From Longimicrobiales bacterium (GTDB taxonomy: Bacteria > Gemmatimonadota > Gemmatimonadetes > Longimicrobiales > Gaopeijiaceae): 64,000 nt of DNA. Each line of letters starts with the position of its first letter. The first letter of the stretch is position 1. The stretch covers positions 480,001-544,000 of the forward strand of contig CBDDCX010000008.1 of the NCBI GenBank assembly GCA_965226375.1. Reading direction: 5' to 3'. The notes beneath the pieces were generated by a model. The model saw nothing but the letters and a program-made list of their open reading frames with translations, made no database searches and was not told the origin of the DNA. The position numbers and the translations under genes were made by a program. Of the stretch, positions 10,084-21,555 are shown in pieces.

Positions 10084-11494
10084 GACTCGGCCTCGGGGTC
10101 TGGCGATTCTCCGAGCTCACGAGGCAACACGTAGGTCATGGCGATCACCAGCACGACAAGTTGGCCCGGGCCGTGGGCGAGGGGCCAGACCACCATGCCC
10201 GCGAAGCATACGGTCGCGACCGACCACAAGAGGGCCCCCGTCGCAGGTCGAGCCTGTTACGATGTGCCGGCTCGCGGCCGGATTGTCGGACTTCTTGGAG
10301 AAGGGCCCACAGGGTCACGCCGAGGAAGGCGACAAAGGCCACCAACCCGACTACGCCGGTCTCGGCGGCCATCTGTACGTACGCGTTGTGTGGCGTCGGC
10401 TGGATGTCCCACAGCTGACTTACCTGGGCCCCGAAGCGGTCGAGATTCTCGGCGAATCCGCCGGGGCCGACGCCGATGAGAGGGTTCTCCAGGAACATGA
10501 GAACACCCGCGAGCATCAACGCAGCACGCTGCTCGAGCACCCAGTTGCCGAACGTCCGCTGCACGGTGTCTTGGAGGGCACCTCCCGAGCCCAGGTCCAC
10601 CACAACAACAAAGACGATCGTAACGAGCCAGATGCGGCCCGCCAGCCGCCAGTCCCGGCTGAGGAAGAACACACCCGAGCCCGCCAAGACCGCCAGCCAG
10701 CTTCCTCGGGAGAACGTGCCCACCAGTCCGATGACGAGGGCTCCCATCGCAAGGGCATGGAGCACCTTGCCGATCCGGCTGCGGGCCATTCCGTACCGAT
10801 GGGCGGCGAGGGGTATCATCACCGCCAAGAAGAGCCCCAGGCCGTTGGGCTGTCCGAACCCCAAGGCGGCCCGGTTGAACCTGGTGTCGAAGCGGGGAAA
10901 CTCACCGGGGAGAATCCGAAGGGTCTCCAACAGGCCCAAGACGCCACACAGGGCGGCCACCCAGACCAGCACCGACACGATCTTCTCCACGCGGTCAGGG
11001 TCCTGAGTGAAGAGGTCCGTTGCCACGACCAAGAGCGCGATGAGCACCCCGAAGTTCAGAGTCTCTCGAGCCGATATCGCTGGGCTCTGCCCGAACAGCG
11101 TGGCTACGACGAACACGCCGACCAGCACCGTCGTCGCCTTGAGCGGGAAGCGGCCCAACACCACCGCGGGCCGGGAAGACCCCAAGCCGAGGACCCAGGC
11201 CAGGACGATCGCTGCCGTCACGACGGCCGCCGTAGTGATTCGGAGCCCTTCGCCGCCGAAGAGTGCGGGCAGAGGCAGAGAGATCGCGACGAGGATCAGG
11301 CCGTCGATCCATCCGCCCACCACCAGGAGGATCAGGCCCGCGCCACCGAGGGCCCCCCCGGCGGCCGCCGCAGTGATCTGGCCAGAGACGGTGCCATGAA
11401 GGGCTAGTAATACGCCGCAGCCCAGTGCGGTGACCGACATCACGGCGAGCAGCTGGTCACCCGAGTCCCTGAGGGGATGCGGCTCCGCTCTCAT
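10080..11494 (-). pseudogene. O-antigen ligase / Wzy-like polymerase, frameshifted near the 3' end
   Basis: Many TM helices, FGQPNGLG, TFSRGSW, PLIGVGPGGF and PHNAY; last helices (ALLWSVATVCFAGMVVWPL..) lie in another frame after the C5 run at 10235-10239. Confidence 0.8.
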
Positions 11495-11528
11495 GACCGC
11501 ACTCCAGCCATGGGTTGCCGCCCCGCCG

Positions 11529-12647
11529 TCACGAGTTCGCTCCCCCAAGGACCTGCCCATAAACCTTCACGGTGGCGGTGGCGACACTCTCCTGGCTGAA
11601 CCGGGTGACCGCCCTCGTGCGGGCTCGTTCCGCCAACGTCGCTCGTGCGCTCGGCTCCTTGGCCAGACGATCGAGGGCGGCGCCGAGTGCAGTGGCGTCA
11701 CCTTCCGGCACGATGATTCCGGCGTCGCCCACCACGCGCGGGATCTCACCCGCATTGGAGGCCACGACCGGAACGCCGCATGCCATGGCCTCCACCAGGA
11801 TGGGGCCGAACTGCCCGGTCCACGTCTTGGTCGTGAGCGACGGAAGCGCCAGAACATCGAGGGCCGGCAACCAGCGTGGGACCTCGAGCGACGGCACCTG
11901 GCCGACGAAGTGGATACGGTCCGCAATCCCGGCCTTCTGCGCTGTACCCTCCAAGCTCGCCCTCTGGGGCCCGTCACCCAGAATCACCAGCCTGAGATGA
12001 GGGTGTTTCACCGCAGCCGAGATCAGCAGATCCAGTCCTTTTTCGGGCGCGAGTCTTCCGCCGAAACCCACTACCAGATCCGAGTCCCCGAAGGAGAATC
12101 GATCGCGGATCTCCGTGCGCACGGCGTCGTTGGGGGCGAAGCATTGCGTGTTCACGCCGAACTGTGGGATAACGCTCGGGTCCCCGGTGTAACCTGAACG
12201 GCGGAGTACGTCGGCGGCGCGACGGGTGCCGGCGATGGCCGCTCCGGAATGGCGGAACACATAGCTCCGCATTGCGGCGAACGGCGGAGGCAGCGCCTTG
12301 TCCAGGTTCTGCCACGCGAAGAACAGCGACGGAATGCCCTGACTCCGGCACACCCGCGTGAGCTGGAACGTCACCGCACTGAAGGGTTCCTCGTCTATGT
12401 GAACCAAGTCCGGCGTCATGTCACGGACCAGCCCATCCGGTCGTCGGTACAGGTGGAAGTGGTTGTGACCGGCAAAGCGGACGGGCCAGGAGATGACGTC
12501 CGGTACCGAGTCGTCACCCTCTTCAATGGGCTGATCGCCCCATGTCTCCGGAACGACACCCACGATGTCGACGTGTTCGGAAAGGCTCCGCAGCTTGTCC
12601 CGATAGGCTGCCACACAAAGAGCTTTCGACACGTAGAGGACCTTCAC
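11529..12647 (-). CDS. Glycosyltransferase family 4
   Basis: GRLAPEKG and PSLTTKTWTGQFGPILVEAMACG; the usual EQFGR reads GQFGP. Confidence 0.88.
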   Translation of the reverse strand: MKVLYVSKALCVAAYRDKLRSLSEHVDIVGVVPETWGDQPIEEGDDSVPDVISWPVRFAGHNHFHLYRRPDGLVRDMTPDLVHIDEEPFSAVTFQLTRVCRSQGIPSLFFAWQNLDKALPPPFAAMRSYVFRHSGAAIAGTRRAADVLRRSGYTGDPSVIPQFGVNTQCFAPNDAVRTEIRDRFSFGDSDLVVGFGGRLAPEKGLDLLISAAVKHPHLRLVILGDGPQRASLEGTAQKAGIADRIHFVGQVPSLEVPRWLPALDVLALPSLTTKTWTGQFGPILVEAMACGVPVVASNAGEIPRVVGDAGIIVPEGDATALGAALDRLAKEPSARATLAERARTRAVTRFSQESVATATVKVYGQVLGGANS

Positions 12648-14138
12648 GTGACTCTCTCCGTGTCGGGCCGACGTTCCTGGACGCCTCCGTTCCCGAACTG
12701 TACGGCCGCTCGCACGGCCAGCCACTCTCCTTCCGGCATGACTCGGCCACGCCAATAAAGGAGAGAGACCGCGGCCGTATAGGCCACTGCCTGGACGAAA
12801 CCTCCGGTGGCGTCGGGAATCCAGGTCACCATCCAGGCGAGCATCCCCGCTGTGAGGGTGATGGCCATGGTGTGTGCGGTGGGAGCCACGGCGGCCTGCA
12901 TGCGGAGGACCACGAGGAATCCGCCGGCCAGCAGCACTTCGGATCCCAGCTTTGCGGTCGCCGCGCCGAGCGGGCCCATAGAGGTGATCAAGAGGACATT
13001 GAGGACGACGTTCACCACCACCCCGAGGCCGTATAACACGGCAACATGGGTCATCCTACCCGCGGCTCCGAGGATGTAACCGGCCAGGAGATTCACCGCG
13101 AGCGCCGGAAGAGCCGGTGCCAGCCGGCCCAGGACGGGGACCGCGTCGAGGTACGACGTTCCCGTACAGAGTCTCGATCAAGGGCCCTCTGAGCAGCCAT
13201 AGCAGGGCGCAGGCGGGCACTACGGCCAAGAGCATGAGCTCTGTGACTCTCGTCCCCGCCCACCTTTCGCCCGTCCCGTTGCGGGGGGCGATCCGTGACA
13301 GACGTGGATACACAGCGGCGATCCCCACCAGAGAGAGTGCCTGCGCAACGTCCCAGAACTTGTAGGCAGCCGTGTAGACACCCACGTCCACGGCAGATCG
13401 CAACTCGGCTAGTAGAAGGACGTCGACCTTGTAGTAGATCGTCAGGGCCACGAACGCAGCTCCGAAGGGCATCATCTCCACGGCGAGCGTCTTCACCACC
13501 GACCACGTTGCCGGGCCGCCTCGACGGACCGATGCGGGCGCCTGCCTCAGCAGCCAGAAGAGCGCGACCGCCTGGCCGGCGATCGGCGCCACGGCAAACC
13601 ACACCATGCTCGACGTCGTCCACACGAGGGCGGCTCCCAGCGCTCCGGTGACGAGACCGAACGCGGCGCTGGCCTGCATCCAGACGTGCATCCGTTCCAT
13701 GGCCTGGAAGTAGGCCGACATGTTCTCGGCGTACGACCCGATGGCGTAGGACACGCCGAGCAGCAGAGCGGTGGCCACCACCTGGTCCGAGTATCCCAGC
13801 AGCCACTTCGCTATCACCACCAAGACCACCAGCATCACGCCGTTCGCGATGGTCTTGAGAAGGTGTGCGGATCTCACGAGCTCCGGCGCCCGCTCCGGTT
13901 CGCGAGCGATGTCGCGAATGAGGAGCGGCATCATTCCGAGAGTGGACACGATGCTCAAGATCACGGACAGGGCCGCGGCGGTCCCATAGGCGCCGAACTC
14001 CCCCGTGCCGAGCACACGGGCAGCCACCACCACGGCGCCCAGGGTCAGCACTTTGGGCAGGCCGTATGCGAACAGGAGTGACAGGGCGTTCAGGAAGACC
14101 CGGCGGAGACCCTCGGCCGGAGAGGTATCGGTAAACAA
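12644..14138 (-). pseudogene. wzx: Wzx-type flippase, frameshifted
   Basis: ARVLGTGEFGAY, YYKVDVLLL and VGVYTAAYK; one extra base near 13160 splits it (LYG|TSYLDAVPVL resumes in the frame of ORF 12644-13096). Confidence 0.82.
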
Positions 14139-14142
14139 GGGT

Positions 14143-14748
14143 CTATCTGTCCTCCTGACCTTTGAAAACGACGGAGACCGATCGGAGGAGAATCGCCAGA
14201 TCCTTCATGAGGGATTGGTGCCGGAGATACTCGAGCTCCATGGCCGCTCTTTCGGGGTAGGGAGGTCTGCTCCGGCCGTGACTCGTCCACTCCCCGAAAA
14301 TGCCGGGCCGCACTCTCAGCAAGTCCTCGGCGCCATCTCCGTAACACTCGAGCTCGTCTTCGACGACCGGTCGCGGCCCCACGAGAGACATGCTCCCACC
14401 CAGAACGTTGAAGAGTTGGGGAAGCTCGTCCACGTAGCTTCGACGAAGCCATCCACCCACCCGAGTGACCCTCGGGTCTTCCCCTGTGGGAATCTTGAAC
14501 CCGTTCCCTCGGTACTGCTCGCCGAGCGCGCTCTCGGCCCGCAGTTCGGCTTCCGCACCCACGCGCATGGTCCGGAGCTTCAAACAGCCGAACGGGACAC
14601 CGTTACGTCCGAGTCGACGGTGCCCGAAGAAGATCGGACGGCCCGACCCGAGGAGTACCGCCAGAACACCCAGCACCAGGAACGGCGATGCCAGGATCAG
14701 CAGAAGCGAGGCACCAAGCAGGTCCAGGGCCCGTTTGCCTATCCCCAC
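14143..14748 (-). CDS. Priming sugar (phosphoglycosyl) transferase
   Basis: KRALD, KLRTM, DPRVTRVG and DELPQLFNVLGGSMSLVGPRP. Confidence 0.93.
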   Translation of the reverse strand: MGIGKRALDLLGASLLLILASPFLVLGVLAVLLGSGRPIFFGHRRLGRNGVPFGCLKLRTMRVGAEAELRAESALGEQYRGNGFKIPTGEDPRVTRVGGWLRRSYVDELPQLFNVLGGSMSLVGPRPVVEDELECYGDGAEDLLRVRPGIFGEWTSHGRSRPPYPERAAMELEYLRHQSLMKDLAILLRSVSVVFKGQEDR

Positions 14749-16751
14749 GCTGCTCGCGCCTCGGCTTCACTGCCGCACACCAGTACTGCTCCGCCGATGC
14801 TCCCTTCGGCCTCGGCCACCAACTCGACGGCTCGGGCCAAATCGCCTTTGCGCGTTTGCCCACACCGCAGCACGAGGACCACGGGTACCTTTCCGTTCAC
14901 GGCCTCGGACGCCGTCGCGAATGTCTGGATCGGGGGTGTGGTGTCAAGTGAAGGGGTACTCCATCCGGGACGGCGGCTTCGTGTGGCGTCACCCTGGTCG
15001 TTTTCTCCGGCACTGACGAGAGCCTCCACAAGGTCGGCGGCATCTTTGCCCTCGTCCAGTGGAGCGAGGACCATGCGCGCCGCTCCCCAGTCGTCGTGGC
15101 CGACTCGATCGAGCACCGCCCGTGCGTCGGTCGTAGAAAGCACCATTCTGGTCCGGCTACGGTACGGAGCCGCGAGCACGGGAGCCCCCAGCAGGGGTCG
15201 AATGGCCCTGACGGACCGAATCGAGGGATCCGAGCGCTCGCTCACGACCAGTGCCAGTGCGCCGAAAATACCGGCGAGCATAAACCCCACGGCGAGACCC
15301 AAGCGTTTACGCGGCCAGATCGGCTTGGAGCCCAGCTTGGGGGGGTCGATCACTTGGATGTTCGCGAAGGTGAGTGCTTGCCGAAGCTCCTCCTGGCGCA
15401 ACCGCTGTTCCGTGAGGACGACGACTTCGGTCAGGATGCGGACGTCTCGTTGACGCCGGATCAGATCGATCACCAGGGCAGGCATCTCGGCAAGTTCCGC
15501 CTCCATGGTCGCGACCATATCTTCAGCTACCCTGATCTGGTCGACGAGCGACATCCGGTAGGCCTCGGTCACAGCGTTGAGGGACTGGATCAGGTAAGCG
15601 ATCTGATCCAGGACCACCCGGTGCTCCCGGCTCTGGACGGTCCGACGTGACGCCACTTCGTTTCTCACCCCCTCCAGAGTCGTGAGCTGTGCCAGAAGCA
15701 GCCCCACGGTCTCGTTCTGCAGGAAGGCCGGATGAGAGACGAGACTGGTCCATGCTCTGGCGGTATCGGGATCTGCCACGACCCTCTCGAGAACCTCGTC
15801 GATGCCGCTCAACTCTCCCTGGACCCGCGCCAACTCGGAGAGAACGACGCTGTAGCGCTCGATGAACGCCTCACTCTGTGCGTCGGGGGCCACGAGGCCC
15901 GAGGTGCGCTGGTACTCCTCCAATGCGGTCTCGGCTTCGCGCAGCTCGTCCATGGTCTGGTTTGCCACCACCCTCAGGGAGTCGACTGTCTCTCGACTCT
16001 CCCTGCTCTGGAGCTGGGTTCTGAGGGCTACGAAGCGATCGACCACCGAGCGCACCACGGCTTCGGCCAAGTCGGGATCGGTGTGGTCGTAGCTGATCTC
16101 TACAACGTTGGCTTCGCGTCGTGTCCGCTCCGAGACGATGCGCGGCCGCTCTACTCGTACGGCTTCGGAGAAAGGAACGGTCTTGATCCGGACTTGGGTG
16201 GGCATGCCTTCCCGCCACGGCCGGAACGTGGCAGAAACCCCGCCGAACGTCACGAGTTCGCCCGGCGTGACCGTAGCTACCGCACCTCGCCTCTCAGACG
16301 GTGCCGTCTGACGTACAGTCGCTTCGCCTCCCCTCCACTCGATCTCGAACGTCGCCTTTTCAGTCAACGGGGTCGCTGACAGCCGCCCGAAAATCGAGTC
16401 GCGATGCCAGTCCTTCGGGGCCTGCAGGCTGACGTTCAAGGATCCGTCGCCCACCACGCCTTCGGCCAACGTGCGACTGGCCAGGAGCTCCAGGTCGTTG
16501 GCAAAGGCATCACCCCCGAGGCCGAATACGCCCAGGAGGCTGGAGGTGGGAGAGACGCCGCCCGGTGGCGGGGGCTCACCCAGGCGCAGGCTGGCCTGAG
16601 CTCTGTAGATGGGGTGGGTCGTGAACAACAAGAGAGCCGCAAGGCTCTGGACGACCACGAAGACACCGAGGCCCCAGAACCATCTGCGGCGAACGATCCC
16701 GATCCAGGTCGGAAGCAGACCCTCAGATCCGAGGTGGGTGGAGCTCGTCAT
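14739..16751 (-). CDS. Polysaccharide co-polymerase (Wzc/GumC-like) with a degenerate kinase domain
   Basis: Two TM segments flanking a coiled coil; PIYRAQA and IDPP..PIWP motifs; no intact Walker A or Tyr cluster. Confidence 0.82.
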   Translation of the reverse strand: MTSSTHLGSEGLLPTWIGIVRRRWFWGLGVFVVVQSLAALLLFTTHPIYRAQASLRLGEPPPPGGVSPTSSLLGVFGLGGDAFANDLELLASRTLAEGVVGDGSLNVSLQAPKDWHRDSIFGRLSATPLTEKATFEIEWRGGEATVRQTAPSERRGAVATVTPGELVTFGGVSATFRPWREGMPTQVRIKTVPFSEAVRVERPRIVSERTRREANVVEISYDHTDPDLAEAVVRSVVDRFVALRTQLQSRESRETVDSLRVVANQTMDELREAETALEEYQRTSGLVAPDAQSEAFIERYSVVLSELARVQGELSGIDEVLERVVADPDTARAWTSLVSHPAFLQNETVGLLLAQLTTLEGVRNEVASRRTVQSREHRVVLDQIAYLIQSLNAVTEAYRMSLVDQIRVAEDMVATMEAELAEMPALVIDLIRRQRDVRILTEVVVLTEQRLRQEELRQALTFANIQVIDPPKLGSKPIWPRKRLGLAVGFMLAGIFGALALVVSERSDPSIRSVRAIRPLLGAPVLAAPYRSRTRMVLSTTDARAVLDRVGHDDWGAARMVLAPLDEGKDAADLVEALVSAGENDQGDATRSRRPGWSTPSLDTTPPIQTFATASEAVNGKVPVVLVLRCGQTRKGDLARAVELVAEAEGSIGGAVLVCGSEAEARAAWG

Positions 16752-16762
16752 CGGGGTGGCTC

Positions 16763-17425
16763 TCAGCGAACCAACAAAGCGGTGATGATGGCTACCCCAA
16801 CGGACGTGAAGGCGCCGATGAAGATGGGAAGGTTCTCCCTGGCCCAGCTCTGCCTGCCCACTAGGATCTGGTCCCCCGACTGGAAGCCCGTACTCGCCGC
16901 CAAGGCTTGAGGATCGATTTTGCTCTCCAGAACACTTCCGTTTCGGATCAGCGAGATCCGGTCCTGGTCAGCCAGCGGGGTGAGCCCTCCCGCGGCGGCG
17001 AGGAGATCGGCCATCGTGTAGGTGGGGTCCACCGGGAGTAGCCCGGGGAGCCGGACCTCGCCCAGCACGGCGATGCGAAGGATCGGCGTGGCGATGACAA
17101 CGGGTTCGATCAGCTCTCGGGAGTACCTCTCGGTGATCTCCCGGCGTACTTCGTCGAAGGGCAGTCCGGCCACAGGCAACAGTCCGGCCAGAGGAAGCAG
17201 TGCTCGTCCGTCCTCGGCCACCGTGCATTGTCCACTGAGCAGCGGCTCGTCCTTGACCTCGATCCGGATCGCGTCTCCCGGTCGCAACAGGATTTCCTGC
17301 GACGATGGAAGCAGCTGGCCCACTCCGGCCTGAACCCCGCCCAAAACGAGGAATGCGAATGAGAGCATAGAGCGCGAGAAACAGGATGGCACGGGGACCG
17401 TTCCTTTGTTAGGCTCAGCGGGCAT
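16763..17425 (-). CDS. wza: Polysaccharide export protein (Wza-like, Poly_export + SLBB)
   Basis: LRPGDAI, DGRALLPLAG, VLGEVRLPG, AAAGG and QSGDQILV. Confidence 0.85.
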   Translation of the reverse strand: MPAEPNKGTVPVPSCFSRSMLSFAFLVLGGVQAGVGQLLPSSQEILLRPGDAIRIEVKDEPLLSGQCTVAEDGRALLPLAGLLPVAGLPFDEVRREITERYSRELIEPVVIATPILRIAVLGEVRLPGLLPVDPTYTMADLLAAAGGLTPLADQDRISLIRNGSVLESKIDPQALAASTGFQSGDQILVGRQSWARENLPIFIGAFTSVGVAIITALLVR

Positions 17426-17581
17426 CGGAGCCTGGGCCCCAATCAGCGACGCAGCTTAAACAGTCGAATAGAACACCGTCAACTTACCCCTGCCGACCAT
17501 GCACGCGACTCCCTCGATCTGGCTCCCGAACTCATCGAGAAGAGTCTGACCTGGGCGAGACAACAGGGGCACCCCTTCTAC

Positions 17582-18389
17582 GTGTGGCCGGAGATGCCGG
17601 TTACCCGGTGGCGCGCGTCGCTGCGGGAGATCGAGCGGGTTGCCAGGAGCGTGCTCGTGGCCGAGGCGTCCACCCTGGAGACGCCGTCGGGAATCGAGAT
17701 GGAGCCACCGCCGGGAATCGCACTGGACACGCCGGCGGGAGCCGAGCTGGAGACGCCGGCGGGAGTCGGGGCCCGGACGTTGGGAGTTGCCGCCTTCACC
17801 TCGGGGATGGGGCCGCTGCTCGGTCACTGGATCGAATCCGGTGCGCTGACGGCGGAGCCCGAGCTCGCGGCTCTTCTCGGGCTGCACCTTCACCATGGCA
17901 GGGAGCGTGCCCGGCTGCTGACCGAGGAGCTCCACAGAGCCGTGTCACTGTTGGCTCAGGCAGGCATTATCCCGATCGTGATCAAGGGAATGCATACGGG
18001 CGCAGTCTACTTTCCCGAGCCCGGGACGCGTCCGGCCAGTGACATCGACCTGGTGGTCGGTCCGGCGGAGGCGGAGGCGGCCGGCGCGGCCCTGTTCGCC
18101 GCCGGATATGAGGAGACCAACCGCCAATCTCGTCCGTACAAGAGCGATTGGGTGCCCCCGGGGGCCTCGCGCACGCTTCGTTCTCTCGAGGTCACGCACC
18201 GGGACAACCCCCTTACGCTGGACCTCCACACCACTCTCGACAGGAACTTCTTCGGGGTGGGCACGGTGGCCTTCGGGCCGCTCGGAGATTCCGCTACTCG
18301 TCGTCACACTGTAGGAGACGCGCAGGTGCGCGTCCTCGAGCAGCCCTTGCTCACAGCGTCGCTGGCGGCTCACGCCTCCGAGGGGCTTC
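17582..18389 (+). pseudogene. Nucleotidyltransferase family protein (NTP_transf_5-like), 3'-truncated
   Basis: IVIKG, YFPEPGTRPASDIDLVV and LDLH; resemblance ends at HASEGL, where the frame runs antisense into the next gene. Confidence 0.75.
17675..17770 (+). repeat. 24-bp tandem repeat x4 (LETPSGIE / MEPPPGIA / LDTPAGAE / LETPAGVG)
   Basis: Units start at 17675, 17699, 17723 and 17747. Confidence 0.85.
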
Positions 18390-18873
18390 CGAACTGCCGT
18401 CCCTGGACGGGCCCGAACAGGTCACCCTCGAGGACGCTGCAGGTGTCGTCGAGCCCGTTGATCGTCACGTTGGCTCTCGCGCAGCGTACCGCGACCGGGT
18501 TGATGTCGACGCCGGTCACCCGGTATCCGTTCCTACCGGCGAAGATGGCGACGATCCCCGATCCGGTTCCCATGTCGAGCGCCTCCGGTCGGGCCCCATC
18601 GTGGAAGTCGGTTGCTTTCGCCGGTCGGTCGGCCACCGCCCGAGCCAGAAGGCGACCGGTACGGAATATGACCGGGTCGTGGACCTGCGGTAGGACCAAG
18701 ATCGGGATACCGTCGACGTGATACAGCCTCGTTCGTCGAAGACGGGGCAAGAGGAGCCGCCTCTTGAGCGAGAGCCAGATTCTGGAAAGCGAGCGAACCA
18801 GGATGTCACCTCGCGCGTGGTTTGACCTGGATTGGGGACCGACCAATACTCCGAGGCGATTCCACGGGCACAT
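18370..18873 (-). pseudogene. HemK/MTS-like SAM methyltransferase, 3'-truncated
   Basis: ALDMGTGSGI, VDINPVAVRCARAN and EGDLF; ends just before the expected NPP(Y/F) motif; start uncertain. Confidence 0.78.
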
Positions 18874-18965
18874 CCGCTGGAGCTGGACGCATACCGAGGC
18901 GGTCTGAACAGTGGGCTGAAGATCGGTTCTAATCCTAGGCGATTCGAGAGGTAGTAGCGAGTGTC

Positions 18966-20072
18966 ATGACTCAGTTGACCCCCCGGCCCGAGGCGTCGTC
19001 GGAGCACGCGACTGAGTTGAGCTCGCCACTGCCCCGCCAGGACCCGATCACCGAATTGCCCTTGATCATCCTCTACCCGCACAGCCGCTGCAACTGTCGA
19101 TGCCTCATGTGCGACATCTGGCGAAATACCACGAAGGACGAGTTGTCCTCAGAGGATGTCTCACGCTGGCTACCCGAGTGGAGAGCGCTGGGGGTGAAGC
19201 GGGCTGTCCTGAGTGGCGGAGAGCCGCTCATGCACTCCGATTTCTGGACGCTGTGTGAACTCCTGCGGAATGCGGAAATCGGGATCACCATCCTGAGCAC
19301 CGGTATACTCCTGAAGCGAGATGCAGAACGTCTGGTCGGCTATTGTGATGATGTGATCGTGAGTCTGGACGGGCCACGTGAGGTCCACAATCGAATCCGC
19401 AACCTGAACCTGCCCCGGGCCTTCGAGAAGCTGTCGGAGGGAGTGAAGGCGGTGCGGGCGGCGAGTGGCGACGTGCGAGTCAAGGGTCGCTGCACGGTGC
19501 AGCGGGAGAACTTCCGGAGCATGCGCGCGACCGTCGCGGCCGCGCACGAGTTGGGGTTGGACGGGGTCAGCTTTCTCGCTGCGGATGTGAGCACCGACGC
19601 CTTCAATCGACCGGAACAGTGGGGCACCGAACGCATGGCGGAAGTGGCTTTGAGCGAAGGCGATCTTCCCGTACTGGCAACCGAGTTGGACACTATGGAG
19701 CGCGAGTGCGGATCCGATTTTGGGAACGGGTTCATCTGGGAGAGCCCAGTCAAGCTGCGTCGCCGTATCCTACAGTACTACTCGGCGCTGTTGGGGGGAG
19801 AGGCCTTTCCTCCCGTCGCCTGTAACGCGCCCTGGGTCTCTACGGTAATAGAGAGCGACGGAACTGTGCGCCCCTGTTTTTTCCAACCTCCCCTCGGCAA
19901 TATCTACGACGGGTCGACCCTCACGCAGATTCTCAACTCGAAGACGGCGCGGGCATGGCGCCGCGGTTTAGACATGAGCCGCAACGAAATCTGTCGCAAG
20001 TGTGTATGTTCCCTCAGCCTCCGGAAGATCGACGGAGCGTTCGATCCCGAGATGACAGGCGATTCGCAGTGA
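18966..20072 (+). CDS. Radical SAM protein with SPASM/Twitch domain
   Basis: CNCRCLMC, LSGGEPL, C..PW..DGTVRPC and CRKC. Confidence 0.92.
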   Translation: MTQLTPRPEASSEHATELSSPLPRQDPITELPLIILYPHSRCNCRCLMCDIWRNTTKDELSSEDVSRWLPEWRALGVKRAVLSGGEPLMHSDFWTLCELLRNAEIGITILSTGILLKRDAERLVGYCDDVIVSLDGPREVHNRIRNLNLPRAFEKLSEGVKAVRAASGDVRVKGRCTVQRENFRSMRATVAAAHELGLDGVSFLAADVSTDAFNRPEQWGTERMAEVALSEGDLPVLATELDTMERECGSDFGNGFIWESPVKLRRRILQYYSALLGGEAFPPVACNAPWVSTVIESDGTVRPCFFQPPLGNIYDGSTLTQILNSKTARAWRRGLDMSRNEICRKCVCSLSLRKIDGAFDPEMTGDSQ

Positions 20073-20109
20073 CTCCCGTCCGAAACAGCCGCCTCGCGAG
20101 ACGCACACT

Positions 20110-21555
20110 ATGACTTCGGATTCACAGGCGCCCCCCGAGGTTCTGCTCGCCCACTCGTACTACTTAAAGTACGACGCCAAACAGACCGAGAAGATGAAGC
20201 CGTATCCGCCGTTGGCCACGGCCCTCACGGCTGCGGTCCTGCGCGAGCACGGATACGACGTTCGACTGTTCGATGCGATGCTCTCGCAAGGCGTCGAGGA
20301 ATTCGAGGCCCTCCTGGAGCGCACTCGGCCCAGGTTGGTAGGCATCTTCGAGGACAACTTCAACTTCCTGACCAAGATGTGTACGGTCCGGATGCGGGAG
20401 GCGGCGTTCGAGATGATCCGGGCCGCCAAGAAGATCGGCGCGCGAGTGGCTGTGAACGGCTCGGACGCCAGCGACCGTCCGGAGCTTTACCTCGGCGCCG
20501 GAGCCGACGCCATTGTCCTGGGCGAAGCCGAAACCACCGCTCGCGAGTTGTTCGACGTGTGGCGACATGATGCTTTGGGCTCCGTGGACGGCGTTGCCGG
20601 GCTTGCTCTCCCCCACGGCACAGGCGTGACCAATGGTGCGCCGGTTCGTCGTACCGGGAGTCGCGCGGTGATCGAGGATCTCGACTCGCTCCCGCTACCG
20701 GCTTGGGACCTGTTGGAGGTGGATCGGTACCGAGCGGCGTGGCGGGATGCGCATGGCCGACTTTCCTGGAACATGCTGACGTCCAGGGGCTGTCCGTACG
20801 GCTGCAACTGGTGCGCCAAGCCGGTGTTCGGTCGGCGGTACACGCAACGGAGTCCGGCCGATGTCGCGGAGGAGATGCGACAACTCAGGGACGCGGTCTC
20901 CCCGGACCACATTTGGTTTTGCGACGACATCTTCGGGCTCACTCCCGAGTGGATCCGTGCGTTTGCCGAAGAGGTGGCACGTCGTGACACAGCGATCCCG
21001 TTCATGATGCAGTCCAGGGTGAACCTCATGAAACCGGATGCGGTGAAGGCCCTTGCCGAGGCCGGTGCCGAGGAGGTGTGGCTCGGGGTGGAGTCCGGGT
21101 CGCAGAAGATCCTCGACAACATGGAGAAGGGGACGAGCCTCGACGAGGTCCGGGCGGCTACACGGACTCTGAAGGAGCACGGGATTCGGACATGCTGGTT
21201 CATCCAGCTCGGTTATCTCGGCGAGGAGTGGGAGGACATACTGCTCACCAGGGATCTGATTCTGGAGGAGAAGCCGGACGACATAGGGGTCTCGGTGTCC
21301 TATCCTCTCCCGGGCACGAAATTTCACGAGATGGTCAAGGAGCAACTCAGTCGCAAGACGAATTGGATGGACAGTGACGACCTTGCCATGATCTTCGAGG
21401 GCACCTACACGACCGACTTCTACAAGGCCGTGCGGAGCCTCCTTCACGATGAGGTGCGCGTACCGACGTCCGGAGCGAACGGCCGGGCCGGCCTCGCTAC
21501 CCGGTGGAGTGAGCTCGCGGCCCTCGAGGCAGAGTCGCGCTCGCCTCAGGGATGA
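20110..21555 (+). CDS. B12-binding radical SAM protein
   Basis: N-terminal PYPPL cobalamin-binding-type domain, SRGCPYGCNWC and GVESGSQKIL. Confidence 0.92.
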   Translation: MTSDSQAPPEVLLAHSYYLKYDAKQTEKMKPYPPLATALTAAVLREHGYDVRLFDAMLSQGVEEFEALLERTRPRLVGIFEDNFNFLTKMCTVRMREAAFEMIRAAKKIGARVAVNGSDASDRPELYLGAGADAIVLGEAETTARELFDVWRHDALGSVDGVAGLALPHGTGVTNGAPVRRTGSRAVIEDLDSLPLPAWDLLEVDRYRAAWRDAHGRLSWNMLTSRGCPYGCNWCAKPVFGRRYTQRSPADVAEEMRQLRDAVSPDHIWFCDDIFGLTPEWIRAFAEEVARRDTAIPFMMQSRVNLMKPDAVKALAEAGAEEVWLGVESGSQKILDNMEKGTSLDEVRAATRTLKEHGIRTCWFIQLGYLGEEWEDILLTRDLILEEKPDDIGVSVSYPLPGTKFHEMVKEQLSRKTNWMDSDDLAMIFEGTYTTDFYKAVRSLLHDEVRVPTSGANGRAGLATRWSELAALEAESRSPQG

